Below are positions 38,242 to 48,211 of a stretch of DNA of 54,071 nucleotides, piece after piece. Source of the stretch: a virus. Its lineage: Duplodnaviria; Caudoviricetes. Made by a program: the position numbers and the translations under genes. The notes beneath the pieces were generated by a model that searched no databases, was not told where the DNA came from, and worked only from the letters and a program-made list of their open reading frames with translations. The stretch spans positions 1 to 54,071 of the IMG/VR virus record IMGVR_UViG_3300042387_000502; one strand, written 5' to 3'. Numbering within the stretch: the stretch's first letter is position 1; each line of letters opens with the position of its first letter.

Positions 38242-39105
38242 ATGTATACAATAAAAACTATAGAGTTTCCTGGATACGAAGAACTTAAAAATAACTTTAA
38301 TCAATATAAGGATATGTTTTTAAGTGACAGTATTATTGCATTTAGAAATGCAAATATTAATTTTGAAATGCAAACTAAAATAATGCATTTATTTGGAGAC
38401 AATCTATCCTGGTATCCAAATTCTTCAAATAAAAATCCTTCGGATTATATAGAAACACATCACAAACATATGGACGAAAAAAACGTTTTTGATAAAAATT
38501 CTATTATGCTTCAATGGCATCAAGAACATGTTGCTCAAGAACATAACCCTTATGTCAGTGGATTATGGAATATGATTTTATTTAAATGTGAACCAAATAC
38601 TGGAAAAACATTTTTTGTAGATATGTCTAAATTATTTAATATGTTTAATGATGAAGATAAAGATTTTTTATCAAAATGCCAAATATTAATTAAGAATTAT
38701 AGGTGGCATGGCAAAAAAGATTATTATTATTATCTTGATGAAAAAGATTCAAAAAATAATAATGATGAGTTGGTTACCTACAGTTTAGTTTCAGAACATT
38801 GGATAACTAAAGAAAAAACAATTAGAACATATTTATCTGAAAGTGAGGTTACAAGTCTATATAAATTTAATAATGAAACTCCTACCATTGAAAATATTAA
38901 TAAATATAAAGAAATATCTAAAAAAATAAATAATGAAATAAATAATAATGAAGATATAAGAATGCAACATATTTGGGAACAAGGTGATCTTTTAGTACCA
39001 GATTTATTTAAACTGGCACATGCTGTTAGCGGTGGATTTAATAAAGATCAAAGACAGCTAGACGGAATGTTCGGCACACTAAGTCCTTGGCCAAAAAGAA
39101 ATTAA
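38242..39105 (+). CDS. TauD/TfdA-family dioxygenase
   Basis: WHQE, G.T.FVD, H.WEQGDLLV.D...AH...R. Confidence 0.8.
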   Translation: MYTIKTIEFPGYEELKNNFNQYKDMFLSDSIIAFRNANINFEMQTKIMHLFGDNLSWYPNSSNKNPSDYIETHHKHMDEKNVFDKNSIMLQWHQEHVAQEHNPYVSGLWNMILFKCEPNTGKTFFVDMSKLFNMFNDEDKDFLSKCQILIKNYRWHGKKDYYYYLDEKDSKNNNDELVTYSLVSEHWITKEKTIRTYLSESEVTSLYKFNNETPTIENINKYKEISKKINNEINNNEDIRMQHIWEQGDLLVPDLFKLAHAVSGGFNKDQRQLDGMFGTLSPWPKRN

Positions 39106-39108
39106 TAC

Positions 39109-39678
39109 ATGCTTGAAGAAAAAATTAGAAAAGCAAAAGTAGAAAAAAGGCCAGTTTTATTTAAAGGGATACTTCCAACTAATTCGGACTGGAACTATAT
39201 AATGAATTATATAAATAATAAGTTTAATGAGACCCCAGAATACCCAGTTCAAAATGATAGATTTTTTAAAAATAAAAAAGATAAAACTGTTTCAATGTTT
39301 AGCAATTCTGACCTTAATTTACAGGCATGGGGAATTAAATTACCAGAATGCAAAAATCTTTCTGATACATTTTCAATAACTAACAAGGTAAATGAATCTT
39401 CATTTAAACTTTTAATAGATTTTTTAGGATTTGGAAATTTAAACAATATACATAAAGATAAATCAGAGGTATATTCTTGGACTCTAATTAATTCTGTAGA
39501 ATATAGAATATATGAAAATAAAAATGAATATCCTTTTGAAGAAACACTAGAGATTGATAATGAACCTTATGAATCTTTTATTATTGAAGCTGGTGACGTT
39601 ATGTACATGCCTAAAGGAGTTGTTCATCAATCAGTAGTCAATGAGCCTAGAGTATCATTGGTAGCATCTTTTTTATAA
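39109..39678 (+). CDS. cupin/JmjC-like oxygenase
   Basis: HKD, EAGDVMYMPKGVVH, R.S. Confidence 0.75.
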   Translation: MLEEKIRKAKVEKRPVLFKGILPTNSDWNYIMNYINNKFNETPEYPVQNDRFFKNKKDKTVSMFSNSDLNLQAWGIKLPECKNLSDTFSITNKVNESSFKLLIDFLGFGNLNNIHKDKSEVYSWTLINSVEYRIYENKNEYPFEETLEIDNEPYESFIIEAGDVMYMPKGVVHQSVVNEPRVSLVASFL

Positions 39679-39680
39679 TA

Positions 39681-40247
39681 TTAATATTTTAAAGCGTAAT
39701 TTTTATCATTACCTAACCAAATTAACATAGTGTATCTAGTGTCTACTATTTTTTTAATTTCATGGTCATAATTAAGTTCTCCATTTTGAGATGGAAAACA
39801 AAAAAGGTCCCCAGAACGAGGTTGATATTTATATTCTAAATAAGGAAAATGAACTTCACCTTCATTAAATACATCATTTAAATAAATAGAGCAGGTATAT
39901 TTAATATGGGGATTTCTTCCAAAATCGTTATCTCCATGAATTTCTAAAAATGCACCATCCGTTTGTTTTGCCAACCAAAAAGAAGAAGGGTAAAGATCTT
40001 CATAACATTGATATTCAGACCTTATCTTCTCGACACATTTTTCAAAATATTTTAATACTAAATTTTTAATTTCTTCAAGTTCATTTAAATTTATTGATGA
40101 TTCATGATAATTGTCTTTACCAAACATTTTTATAAAGTATTTATTCTCTTGAAAAGATTGAAATTTATTTAAATTATTATCAATATATGTTATTACCTGA
40201 TTAGACTCTGATTTTTCAATAAATTTATTAAATATTTTTATAGTCAT
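39681..40247 (-). CDS. 2OG-Fe(II) oxygenase (inverted, leaderless)
   Basis: HGD, YLND, HEI...R; TGATACAAT 6 nt upstream. Confidence 0.85.
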   Translation of the reverse strand: MTIKIFNKFIEKSESNQVITYIDNNLNKFQSFQENKYFIKMFGKDNYHESSINLNELEEIKNLVLKYFEKCVEKIRSEYQCYEDLYPSSFWLAKQTDGAFLEIHGDNDFGRNPHIKYTCSIYLNDVFNEGEVHFPYLEYKYQPRSGDLFCFPSQNGELNYDHEIKKIVDTRYTMLIWLGNDKNYALKY

Positions 40248-40283
40248 GGTATTATTGTATCATTTATGGTATAATTTTGGTAT

Positions 40284-40466
40284 ATGCGTAAATTAATTGA
40301 CGGTTCTATAGTTAATTCATATAAAGAGCCAACGACTTTAACAGTTAAAACAAAAGCCCCAGAAAAATGGAAGCTTATTGATATGGAAACTGGACAGGAA
40401 TATGTTGGTTCCCCAAACCTCACTAAATATGGAATGTGGATTAGAGTTAAGGATAAAAATAATTAA
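40284..40466 (+). CDS. hypothetical protein
   Basis: TKAPEKWKLIDMETGQEY; TGGTATAAT promoter. Confidence 0.65.
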   Translation: MRKLIDGSIVNSYKEPTTLTVKTKAPEKWKLIDMETGQEYVGSPNLTKYGMWIRVKDKNN

Positions 40467-40468
40467 TA

Positions 40469-41161
40469 ATGAAATATAATCTTGATTTGACTACAATTGA
40501 AGGAGATCTTCAATATATTGATAATTTTTTAACACAAGAAGAATTAGATTTTTTTAAACCATACATGGACGACCATGAGGGATGGTATACAACTATGCGT
40601 TCTCCATATAAAAATATTTTAAATAAATTTATTTCTGTTGATTTGCCAAGAAGACCAGATGGAAGCACTGGTGTGCCATCCGATGAGCCACCTATATTAC
40701 ATGATGTTTTTCATAGACCAATGGGAATATATGAAAGATTGTTTAAAGTTATGCCTCCAACATATAGGCCGCATAATGCTTTACAAACATTTAAATATTG
40801 TACAGATGAAGAAATTTTAAGAGATCTGCATCCAGACCTTAAAAAAGAATATAAAGGTAAAGAGCATGAAATTGATTTTGCTATGTCATTTCACTGTGAG
40901 TGGAGCGATGAAAGTACTGTGCCTGAATTTAATAGATCTTTGTCTATTTATTTAAATGATGATTTCGAGGGCGGAATTTTAGATTTTAAATTTAAACCAT
41001 ATAAAATTAAGCCAAAAGCTGGCATGCTAGTTTTGGTTCCAGTAACTCACGAATTTACTCATAGGGTTACTAAAATAACTTCTGGCAACTGGAGACACAC
41101 TCTTTATGGTGCTTCTTGGAATGGTAAATTTCCTCCTCCAAGCACAGAAGAAACTTGCTAA
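40469..41161 (+). CDS. 2OG-Fe(II) oxygenase
   Basis: HCE, YLNDDFEGG, HRV..I.SG..R. Confidence 0.82.
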   Translation: MKYNLDLTTIEGDLQYIDNFLTQEELDFFKPYMDDHEGWYTTMRSPYKNILNKFISVDLPRRPDGSTGVPSDEPPILHDVFHRPMGIYERLFKVMPPTYRPHNALQTFKYCTDEEILRDLHPDLKKEYKGKEHEIDFAMSFHCEWSDESTVPEFNRSLSIYLNDDFEGGILDFKFKPYKIKPKAGMLVLVPVTHEFTHRVTKITSGNWRHTLYGASWNGKFPPPSTEETC

Positions 41162-41224
41162 TATCTATTGACTAAATCAATATAAATATTGTATAATAAA
41201 CACCTACTAGTAGAAAGATAAATA

Positions 41225-43267
41225 ATGAGCGAATCTAAATGCCCATTTACGGGTAATGCTTTAAATAATGAAAAAACATCTAACGAGTATTGGTGGCCTA
41301 ATCAATTAGACCTATCACCACTAAGAAAACATTCAGAAAAATCTAATCCAATGACAAATGGATTCGATTACGCTAAAGAGTTTAATAGCTTAGACCTTGA
41401 TGCCCTTAAGAGTGATATTAATACACTCCTTACTACCTCACAAGAATGGTGGCCAGCAGATTACGGAAACTATGGACCATTCTTTATTCGTATGGCATGG
41501 CATTCTGCAGGTACGTACAGAACAACAGATGGTCGTGGCGGTGCAGGAGAAGGATTACATAGATTTGCTCCACAAAACTCTTGGCCAGATAATGGTAATT
41601 TAGATAAAGCTCGTCGTTTGCTCTGGCCTATTAAGCAAAAGTATGGAAATAAAATTTCATGGGCAGACCTTATGATTCTTGCAGGTAATGTTGCTCTTGA
41701 AAATATGGGATTCAAAACATTTGGTTTTGCTGGTGGTCGTGAAGATGTTTGGGAATCAGATGATACATACTGGGGTTCAGAAAAAGAATGGCTTGCAGAT
41801 AATCGATATAGTAGAGATCGTGAATTAGAAAATCCTCTTGCTGCAGTTCAAATGGGATTAATTTATGTAAACCCAGAAGGTCCTAATGGAAATCCAGATC
41901 CAATTCTTTCTGCAAAAGATATTCGTGAAACATTTGCACGTATGGCTATGAATGATGAGGAAACTGTTTCTCTTATTGCAGGTGGACATGCATTTGGTAA
42001 AGCACATGGCGCTGGTGATCCATCAAACGTTGGGCCAAATCCTGAAGCTGCACCTATTGAAGAAATGGGTCTTGGTTGGAAAAACTCATTTGGAAAAGGA
42101 AACGCAGAAGACACAATTACAAGTGGTATTGAAGGTGCATGGACTGCAACCCCTACTAAGTGGGACAACTCATACCTTAAGTTATTGTTTAAGTATGATT
42201 GGACACAAACAAAGTCACCTGCTGGTGCAACACAATGGATTCCAACAGATGAGTCTGCTGCTAATTTAGTTCCAGACGCACACATTAAAGGTAAGTTCCA
42301 TGCTCCAGTGATGACAACTGCAGACCTCGCATTGAAGTTTGATCCAGAGTACGAAAAGATTTCACGAAGATTCCTTGAAGACTTTGACTACTTCTCAGAT
42401 CAGTTTGCTCGTGCATGGTTTAAGCTAACTCATAGAGATATGGGTCCAATTGCAAGATACCTTGGCAAAGAAGTTCCTTCTGAAGAATTAATTTGGCAGG
42501 ACCCAGTTTCATTATCTAATACAAATATTGATATAGACTCTATTAAGAATAAGATTAAGTCTTCTGATATACCTATGTCATACTTTGTAGAAACGGCATG
42601 GGCTTCTGCATCTACTTTCCGAAAAACAGATAAGCGTGGCGGAGCAAATGGTGCTCGTATTAAATTAGAACCACAAAACAAGTGGGAAGTAAATAGCAGC
42701 AATGCAGTATCAACCGTTATTAATTTCCTAGAATCTATTAAAGAAGAGTCTGGTGCTTCTCTTGCTGATTTAATTGTTTTAGCAGGATGTGCAGCAATTG
42801 AAAAAATCTCTAAAGACTTATTAATAGTTCCGTTTACTCCTGGGCGTGGGGACGCAACACAAGAACAAACAGACATAGATTCATTTGCAGTCCTTGAACC
42901 AAAATTTGATGGTTTCCGTAACTACACTCATTGGAGCATAACTGTCCCAGAAGAAGTTTTATTAGTAGAAAAAGCTAATCTATTAGGCCTAACCCCAGTA
43001 GAATTAGTGCTTTTGTTATCTGGTATGAGAATGTTAAGCAATAATAAACTAGACAATAGTTACTTAATTGAATTACTTTCATATACCAATGCCAATCAAG
43101 CAAAAGGTATTCCTGTTGTAGATTTAATCATTGCGTCTAACTCTGAACTTCGTGCAATTGCCGAAGTGTATGCCTCAGATGATGCTAAAGATAAATATAT
43201 TAAAGACTTTATTTCAGCGTGGGATAAGGTTATGATGTTAGACCGATTTGATACAAGAAAAGGATAA
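41225..43267 (+). CDS. katG: catalase-peroxidase
   Basis: [44 protein letters not shown]; TTGACT-N18-TATAAT promoter. Confidence 0.97.
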   Translation: MSESKCPFTGNALNNEKTSNEYWWPNQLDLSPLRKHSEKSNPMTNGFDYAKEFNSLDLDALKSDINTLLTTSQEWWPADYGNYGPFFIRMAWHSAGTYRTTDGRGGAGEGLHRFAPQNSWPDNGNLDKARRLLWPIKQKYGNKISWADLMILAGNVALENMGFKTFGFAGGREDVWESDDTYWGSEKEWLADNRYSRDRELENPLAAVQMGLIYVNPEGPNGNPDPILSAKDIRETFARMAMNDEETVSLIAGGHAFGKAHGAGDPSNVGPNPEAAPIEEMGLGWKNSFGKGNAEDTITSGIEGAWTATPTKWDNSYLKLLFKYDWTQTKSPAGATQWIPTDESAANLVPDAHIKGKFHAPVMTTADLALKFDPEYEKISRRFLEDFDYFSDQFARAWFKLTHRDMGPIARYLGKEVPSEELIWQDPVSLSNTNIDIDSIKNKIKSSDIPMSYFVETAWASASTFRKTDKRGGANGARIKLEPQNKWEVNSSNAVSTVINFLESIKEESGASLADLIVLAGCAAIEKISKDLLIVPFTPGRGDATQEQTDIDSFAVLEPKFDGFRNYTHWSITVPEEVLLVEKANLLGLTPVELVLLLSGMRMLSNNKLDNSYLIELLSYTNANQAKGIPVVDLIIASNSELRAIAEVYASDDAKDKYIKDFISAWDKVMMLDRFDTRKG

Positions 43268-43380
43268 ATATGTTTTATTTACTACATTCATCAGCAATTG
43301 TCTTGTTAATGCTAGGCTCATATGGACTAGGATATAAACAGGCTACAAGCAGGGTAAAATCAAAGACTAAGTAGTCATAT

Positions 43381-43578
43381 ATGATACCAGACCTTAGAAA
43401 TGAAACTCTTAACCTAATAGATGATTTTATATTAGATCATATAGATGACTTTACAAATGAAGAGCTATATTGGATTATAAATGAATTAGAGTCACTGTCT
43501 AATACATTTTATAAAAAGTTTAAGCCACTAATCGATGAAGATATAGAGGCCTTAATTGAAGATATTGAGGAAGAATGA
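43381..43578 (+). CDS. acidic hypothetical protein
   Basis: ORF. Confidence 0.55.
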   Translation: MIPDLRNETLNLIDDFILDHIDDFTNEELYWIINELESLSNTFYKKFKPLIDEDIEALIEDIEEE

Positions 43579-43826
43579 TAAGGTATTTTAAACTTAGAAA
43601 AGCCATGAAAGAAGTAATTAAAAATAATAATGAATTTTTAATGGCATTGGCAGAGTCTGAAAGAAATGAACAATCATCTAATTTAACATGGGATGAAGAC
43701 GGTGTATGGAAATGCTGGACCTATAATAGAGACACAAATAGATACTATTTTGATGACATAGGTAATGAATCTATTACGGGATTATGGGAAAATCAAATTA
43801 CTCAAGAAGCTAATGAAAGAATTTAA
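43575..43826 (+). CDS. hypothetical protein
   Basis: ORF with ATGA coupling. Confidence 0.6.
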   Translation: MIRYFKLRKAMKEVIKNNNEFLMALAESERNEQSSNLTWDEDGVWKCWTYNRDTNRYYFDDIGNESITGLWENQITQEANERI

Positions 43827-43962
43827 ATCTTATTGTAGATATTGTGAACAGGTAGTTGAAGGAAAGACTACTGCAGTAACCGTACTAGAATCTGGCAATT
43901 ACTTATATATTGGTGAATGTAATGTTTGTCTATATGAGATAAGAAGAATCTCTAGGCCATGA
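43813..43962 (+). CDS. zinc-ribbon protein
   Basis: MKEFKSYCRYC...ECNVC; internal ATG of listed ORF 43765..43962. Confidence 0.55.
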   Translation: MKEFKSYCRYCEQVVEGKTTAVTVLESGNYLYIGECNVCLYEIRRISRP

Positions 43963-44110
43963 ACAAATTAACCTGCCATGGGTGCCAGAAGTCTGCTAAA
44001 TTATTTTTACATGTTATGGATGATAGTTTTATATACGCCCTATGTAGAAAATGTGTAATAGTTCAATTAGACATAGAGCACTACATGAGAAAGAATAATG
44101 AATTGTAGGT

Positions 44111-44569
44111 ATGTCTAAAAGGCATAGAAATAGACCAGAGTGCGGTACAAGATCTGGATACGATTGGCATAGAAGAGATGCTAAAGAACTTGCTTGCTTA
44201 GAGTGTCGCAATGCTGAGGCATTGTATTGGCGGGAACAAAGGATAATCAGGGGCGATGTAATAAGACAAAATAACCAAAGAAGACGTTCCAGATACTTTA
44301 GAGCTATAGGAAAAAATACCAAGATATCTGTATTTACAGAAAAAGAAATATTAGATTTATATGGGACTAATTGCCACATATGCCACAGACCAATAGATTT
44401 AAATGCCCCCAGAGGGGTAGGTAAGCCTGGATGGGAAAATGGACTACATTTAGACCATGTAATACCATTATCTAAGGGTGGAGATAATACTATTGAAAAT
44501 GTAAAACCATCTCATGGATATTGTAATATAACTAAGAATGCTACAATTATTAGTAAACATAATACATAG
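44111..44569 (+). CDS. HNH endonuclease
   Basis: CHIC, LHLDHVIPLSKGG.NT.EN...H..CN. Confidence 0.9.
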   Translation: MSKRHRNRPECGTRSGYDWHRRDAKELACLECRNAEALYWREQRIIRGDVIRQNNQRRRSRYFRAIGKNTKISVFTEKEILDLYGTNCHICHRPIDLNAPRGVGKPGWENGLHLDHVIPLSKGGDNTIENVKPSHGYCNITKNATIISKHNT

Positions 44570-45166
44570 TATATTGATCTAAATTAGTCCAAGCAAAAGT
44601 GCGGCGAAAAGTAGAAGCCCCCAAGCCAGTACCTGGCCTGACAATATAGTATAATGGATATATGACCTGTAAATGTAATGATGAGCAAAAAACAGGATAC
44701 GGGTATGATGAATTAAAAGACTTTGATATGGGATATAGAGATCCTAGGCAAAGTAGAATAACTCCATTTAGAGGACCAATTAGATAAGGATGAGCATGGG
44801 ATTTTTAGACAGATTAGAGGAGTGGCTGGATTTTGAAGAAGAGGTAGATCTGGAGTCAGAATCTTCATGATTAAATTTAGAAGCCCTATATACTGGGAGC
44901 ATAAGTTCAATGCAACACTGAGTATATTATGCCAAAATTGTGGTGTAAGGTTTAATACAACATTTAAGAAGTATGAGAGAAATAAAAGCTGTCCTAGATG
45001 CATGTATAAAGCAGTTGACTAGAATAATATAGATATAGTATAATTACTATATGAACCTACTTACACATCAAGAGCCATATAATCATTTAAATAGATCTAT
45101 TTTAATCATTGGCATCATATCAGTAATATGCTTAATGGTTTACGTATCCAAAAAAGGGCGGGGCTG

Positions 45167-45355
45167 ATGATAGAACTACTACTAATAGCCATTACATGGT
45201 ATGCAACTAAGGTATTTTACACAAGAGATATAAAGATCAATATCCCCCAAAGGGAGACAGATTTCATAGATGCTTTATGTGCTAAATGTGCTCAGACCCT
45301 TGTGATCCATAAAAAGCATATGAGAACTCCGTTCTACTGTTTGCTCTGTAGATAA
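45167..45355 (+). CDS. membrane-anchored zinc-ribbon protein
   Basis: MIELLLIAITW...CAKC...CLLC; start uncertain. Confidence 0.5.
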   Translation: MIELLLIAITWYATKVFYTRDIKINIPQRETDFIDALCAKCAQTLVIHKKHMRTPFYCLLCR

Positions 45356-45372
45356 TAGGATATAATTGATAT

Positions 45373-45726
45373 ATGAAGAAATATATGATTGCTGATATGG
45401 TTAAATCTGCAAGTGTTGACTACGTAGAATTATGGCGTGAAAAAGGATATCCAGAACAATTCTATTTTAAAATAAAGCCATCTAAGTCTACTTGGCGAAG
45501 AAATATGGCGGAGGACCCAGCTGAGGTAGATGCTTACCCTATATATGAATCAATAGGCGAAGATGGAGAGGATACTCCATATTATTATGTAGATGTAAAT
45601 TGGCCTAAAGGATCGACAAATGCTAAATATATTAAAACATATGAAATGGATATAGATACTATAGAATCTTGGTCAAATGATACTTCAGGCACTTATTTTA
45701 ATGCCAACATACGTGGCAAAATATAG
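45373..45726 (+). CDS. hypothetical protein (leaderless)
   Basis: TATAAT 6 nt before the ATG. Confidence 0.65.
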   Translation: MKKYMIADMVKSASVDYVELWREKGYPEQFYFKIKPSKSTWRRNMAEDPAEVDAYPIYESIGEDGEDTPYYYVDVNWPKGSTNAKYIKTYEMDIDTIESWSNDTSGTYFNANIRGKI

Positions 45727-46250
45727 CCTCATATCCTAGGTTACCCTTACCCTTAAACCCCCCTCAAATAGTCTTATATGCCTTTTTAGAGCCATATCTA
45801 CTACATATCTATCAAAGTAAATACTATTAATTATAACGTAAATGTTATCGATATATACTCAGATATATATACATGTTATGGGACGTGCCCTCCATAATCC
45901 TCCACATAATACCATTTTGCTCCACATGGCATATATTACCCATATTGTCAAGAGCTTTGGACCAAATGTTATATATATGTTGTATAAATGTGTTCCAGGA
46001 TATATAAACATGTCTCGTAAAGCCATATATTTGCCCACATATTTTGCCATATTTTATATACTTTTTGTTATATTCTATATATGTTTAATAAAATAATTAT
46101 ACATTTATATTAAATTATCCTAGATTTTCAGGGATTTTTTATAGCTCTTCGTAAAGCGAACATTCTGCCCTTACGGATATATAACAAATGGGACATATAT
46201 ATCCAAGATGTACATATAGTACAAATCGGACATACTGTCCCAATATGTTT
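45727..46250. other. non-coding AT-rich junction between convergent gene blocks (candidate origin or packaging region)
   Basis: No convincing ORF; short direct repeats; strand switch. Confidence 0.45.
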
Positions 46251-46252
46251 TG

Positions 46253-46444
46253 TTATTTAGTTATACGTGTTACGGTTACTGGACCACATAGGGTATTGTA
46301 TCTATCTTGTTCCGCCGTCTTTCTTGCCTTCTCTATTTTCTTCCATTTACGGAAAGCTGTTAGGGCATGATTCTTATCTCTACCCCGCTTTGTATCCTCC
46401 CATTTCTTCGGCTTACGTTGAGAGGACCCCGTAGCTTTGCTCAT
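46253..46444 (-). CDS. small basic protein
   Basis: ORF coupled to upstream gene (ATGA). Confidence 0.55.
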   Translation of the reverse strand: MSKATGSSQRKPKKWEDTKRGRDKNHALTAFRKWKKIEKARKTAEQDRYNTLCGPVTVTRITK

Positions 46445-46710
46445 GCGGTAGGCTCATGCATTTCTATAACCTCAGCAAGGTGGCTAGATAACATCAGAGC
46501 CTCAGAGGTAATACCCTCAGCCCAATAGGGTTCAAAGTTGCCAGCCTGATATCTAATAATTTCCTTTATCAACTCCATAAGTCTATCTTGGGTATATAGA
46601 GGAAAGTTATTTACAATTATGTTAGCGCATATCATTGGATTAAACCAATGGTTGTCTAACACTTTTGCTAATTGTTCTGCGATTTTTTCTTCATCTGTTT
46701 TTTTAGCCAT
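46441..46710 (-). CDS. hypothetical protein
   Basis: GAAAGGCGG RBS; TGGTATAAT promoter. Confidence 0.7.
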   Translation of the reverse strand: MAKKTDEEKIAEQLAKVLDNHWFNPMICANIIVNNFPLYTQDRLMELIKEIIRYQAGNFEPYWAEGITSEALMLSSHLAEVIEMHEPTA

Positions 46711-46796
46711 GTCCGCCTTTCATAAAGATTATACCAAAAAGGTTGGAGAAGGTCAACGATTTCGGGGGCTCGTCAACCCTCTCCAATATTTATTGT

Positions 46797-46940
46797 TTAC
46801 TTAGTTAGTTTAACTTCTGCAGTAAACTTTACGCCGTTCTTCTCTGCCTCTGACAGAGCTTGCTTAGCAGCACCTGAGAAGCGACCACGCTTGCCCACTG
46901 TAATGCCCTTGGTCTTTAGATATTCACGCTTTGTTGTCAT
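46797..46940 (-). CDS. Lsr2-like DNA-binding domain protein
   Basis: Read manually: MTTKREYLKTKGITVGKRGRFSGAAKQAL; RGR AT-hook as in the Lsr2 C-domain. Confidence 0.7.
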   Translation of the reverse strand: MTTKREYLKTKGITVGKRGRFSGAAKQALSEAEKNGVKFTAEVKLTK

Positions 46941-47374
46941 TGTGTTGACCCTTCTAATACTACAGGCTCCGCCTTGAAGCCTGCTTCTTGCGTTCCATAT
47001 TCAGTTGTGTTATCTGACTGCACGTCGTCAGAATCCTCGTCATCTAGCCAGCCGTCTTCCTCCAGGGCGGCAAGGTAGTCGTTGTCTATCATCCAGTCTT
47101 GGATTGCCTCATCAACATACTCTGCCCCATATTCAAGGGTAAATTCAGTTGGCGGGTTATCCCAAAGTTTCTCCCAGATATTATCCAGAGTGATACCTTC
47201 AGTAACAACATAATCATTATACTCATTAGGTTCTTTATAAGTATCATATTTGTCTGAGATTACGTCCCAAACCCATAACCATACTAATGGAGCACCAATT
47301 GGCATACCATTTAAAGTCTTAATAATTTGATCTAACTGCATTTTAGTTTGTGGACCTAGATCTTTATTAACCAC
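46937..47374 (-). CDS. acidic hypothetical protein
   Basis: ORF in operon. Confidence 0.7.
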   Translation of the reverse strand: MVNKDLGPQTKMQLDQIIKTLNGMPIGAPLVWLWVWDVISDKYDTYKEPNEYNDYVVTEGITLDNIWEKLWDNPPTEFTLEYGAEYVDEAIQDWMIDNDYLAALEEDGWLDDEDSDDVQSDNTTEYGTQEAGFKAEPVVLEGSTQ

Positions 47375-47615
47375 GTTGTTTAGCCCTTTCGTTGATAGCG
47401 AATGATAAATTATACGTCATAACATAGATTTCTGTCAATGCGTCTAGTCGACCTGAAAAATATTTATATTCAGGCATATCCTGTAATTCAGATATGTCTA
47501 ACAGTTTAGTTTCACATTCATACATTAGATTCTTCATATGTCCATGCATGATGTCTGTACCTGTCTCACCCATGTCTACAAGCTTTTGAAGATGTGTGTC
47601 AAGTTTGTCACTCAT
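47367..47615 (-). CDS. hypothetical protein
   Basis: ORF in operon. Confidence 0.7.
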   Translation of the reverse strand: MSDKLDTHLQKLVDMGETGTDIMHGHMKNLMYECETKLLDISELQDMPEYKYFSGRLDALTEIYVMTYNLSFAINERAKQRG

Positions 47616-47788
47616 AGTAATACTCCCGTCATATGAATATCTAACAGATGTCTAACTGCATGTATCTGTCCTTCTATAAATATAATATCTTCAGGACTTT
47701 TATCTAATGGGTCCCTATCTTGATTAAGACTAATTAAATATATCTTCATATACTCAACTAAGTAATTATCCGTAGTAAGTGTTTTCAT
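47612..47788 (-). CDS. hypothetical protein
   Basis: Read manually: MKTLTTDNYLVEYMKIY...; ATGA coupling. Confidence 0.55.
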   Translation of the reverse strand: MKTLTTDNYLVEYMKIYLISLNQDRDPLDKSPEDIIFIEGQIHAVRHLLDIHMTGVLL

Positions 47789-47933
47789 CTATATACCCTT
47801 CTGCTAGTAGGCCTTCAAAGAAGTCCCATATGGTTAATAGACCTTGCTTAACATCAGGGTCGGAAGCGGAATCAATAGCAACAGTTAAACTATTACCAAA
47901 GTTCTGTATATCCTTATATGTATATCCTAACAT
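47766..47933 (-). CDS. hypothetical protein
   Basis: Read manually: MLGYTYKDIQNF...DFFEGLLAEGYI. Confidence 0.55.
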   Translation of the reverse strand: MLGYTYKDIQNFGNSLTVAIDSASDPDVKQGLLTIWDFFEGLLAEGYIDENTYYG

Positions 47934-48166
47934 TCTATGTAGTATTCCTCTCCAGGTTCTACCTGCCAGTATTCATTAAATTGTTTCTTGACGGATTCAT
48001 CAGAACACATACTTGCCATTTCATAGTCAGCAATAAACATACCTTCATCTATATGACCAGTTATCCAAGAATCAAATAACTGTTCTTGAATATCTTGTAA
48101 TACAGCGTCTGATATATGCTTAGGCATATCATCAAACATACTAGGTTTATCATTTTGATATCCCAT
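47927..48166 (-). CDS. acidic hypothetical protein
   Basis: CGAAAGGAA RBS; first gene after the promoter at 48190-48211. Confidence 0.7.
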   Translation of the reverse strand: MGYQNDKPSMFDDMPKHISDAVLQDIQEQLFDSWITGHIDEGMFIADYEMASMCSDESVKKQFNEYWQVEPGEEYYIEC

Positions 48167-48189
48167 ATATTCCTTTCGCTAGGACCTTA

Positions 48190-48211
48190 ATTATATAACA
48201 GACCACTGACA
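48190..48211 (-). promoter_or_regulatory. PafBC/RecA-NDp-type promoter
   Basis: TGTCAG-TGGTCTGTTA-TATAAT. Confidence 0.75.

Noticed and set aside
41397-42876. Overlapping or antisense ORFs within katG (and similar ones inside dnaE, recA and the 25-kb gene)
   Set aside because: Shadow frames of strongly conserved genes, with no RBS or recognisable motifs.
44594-44622. GC-rich word AAAAGTGCGGCGAAAAGTAGAAGCCCCC after the HNH gene
   Set aside because: Stands out compositionally, but I found only one copy and no structure, so no claim can be supported.
45842-46370. Listed ORFs 45842..46096, 45859..46050 and 46188..46370
   Set aside because: Low-complexity translation of an AT-rich repeat region with no RBS; treated as non-coding or antisense.
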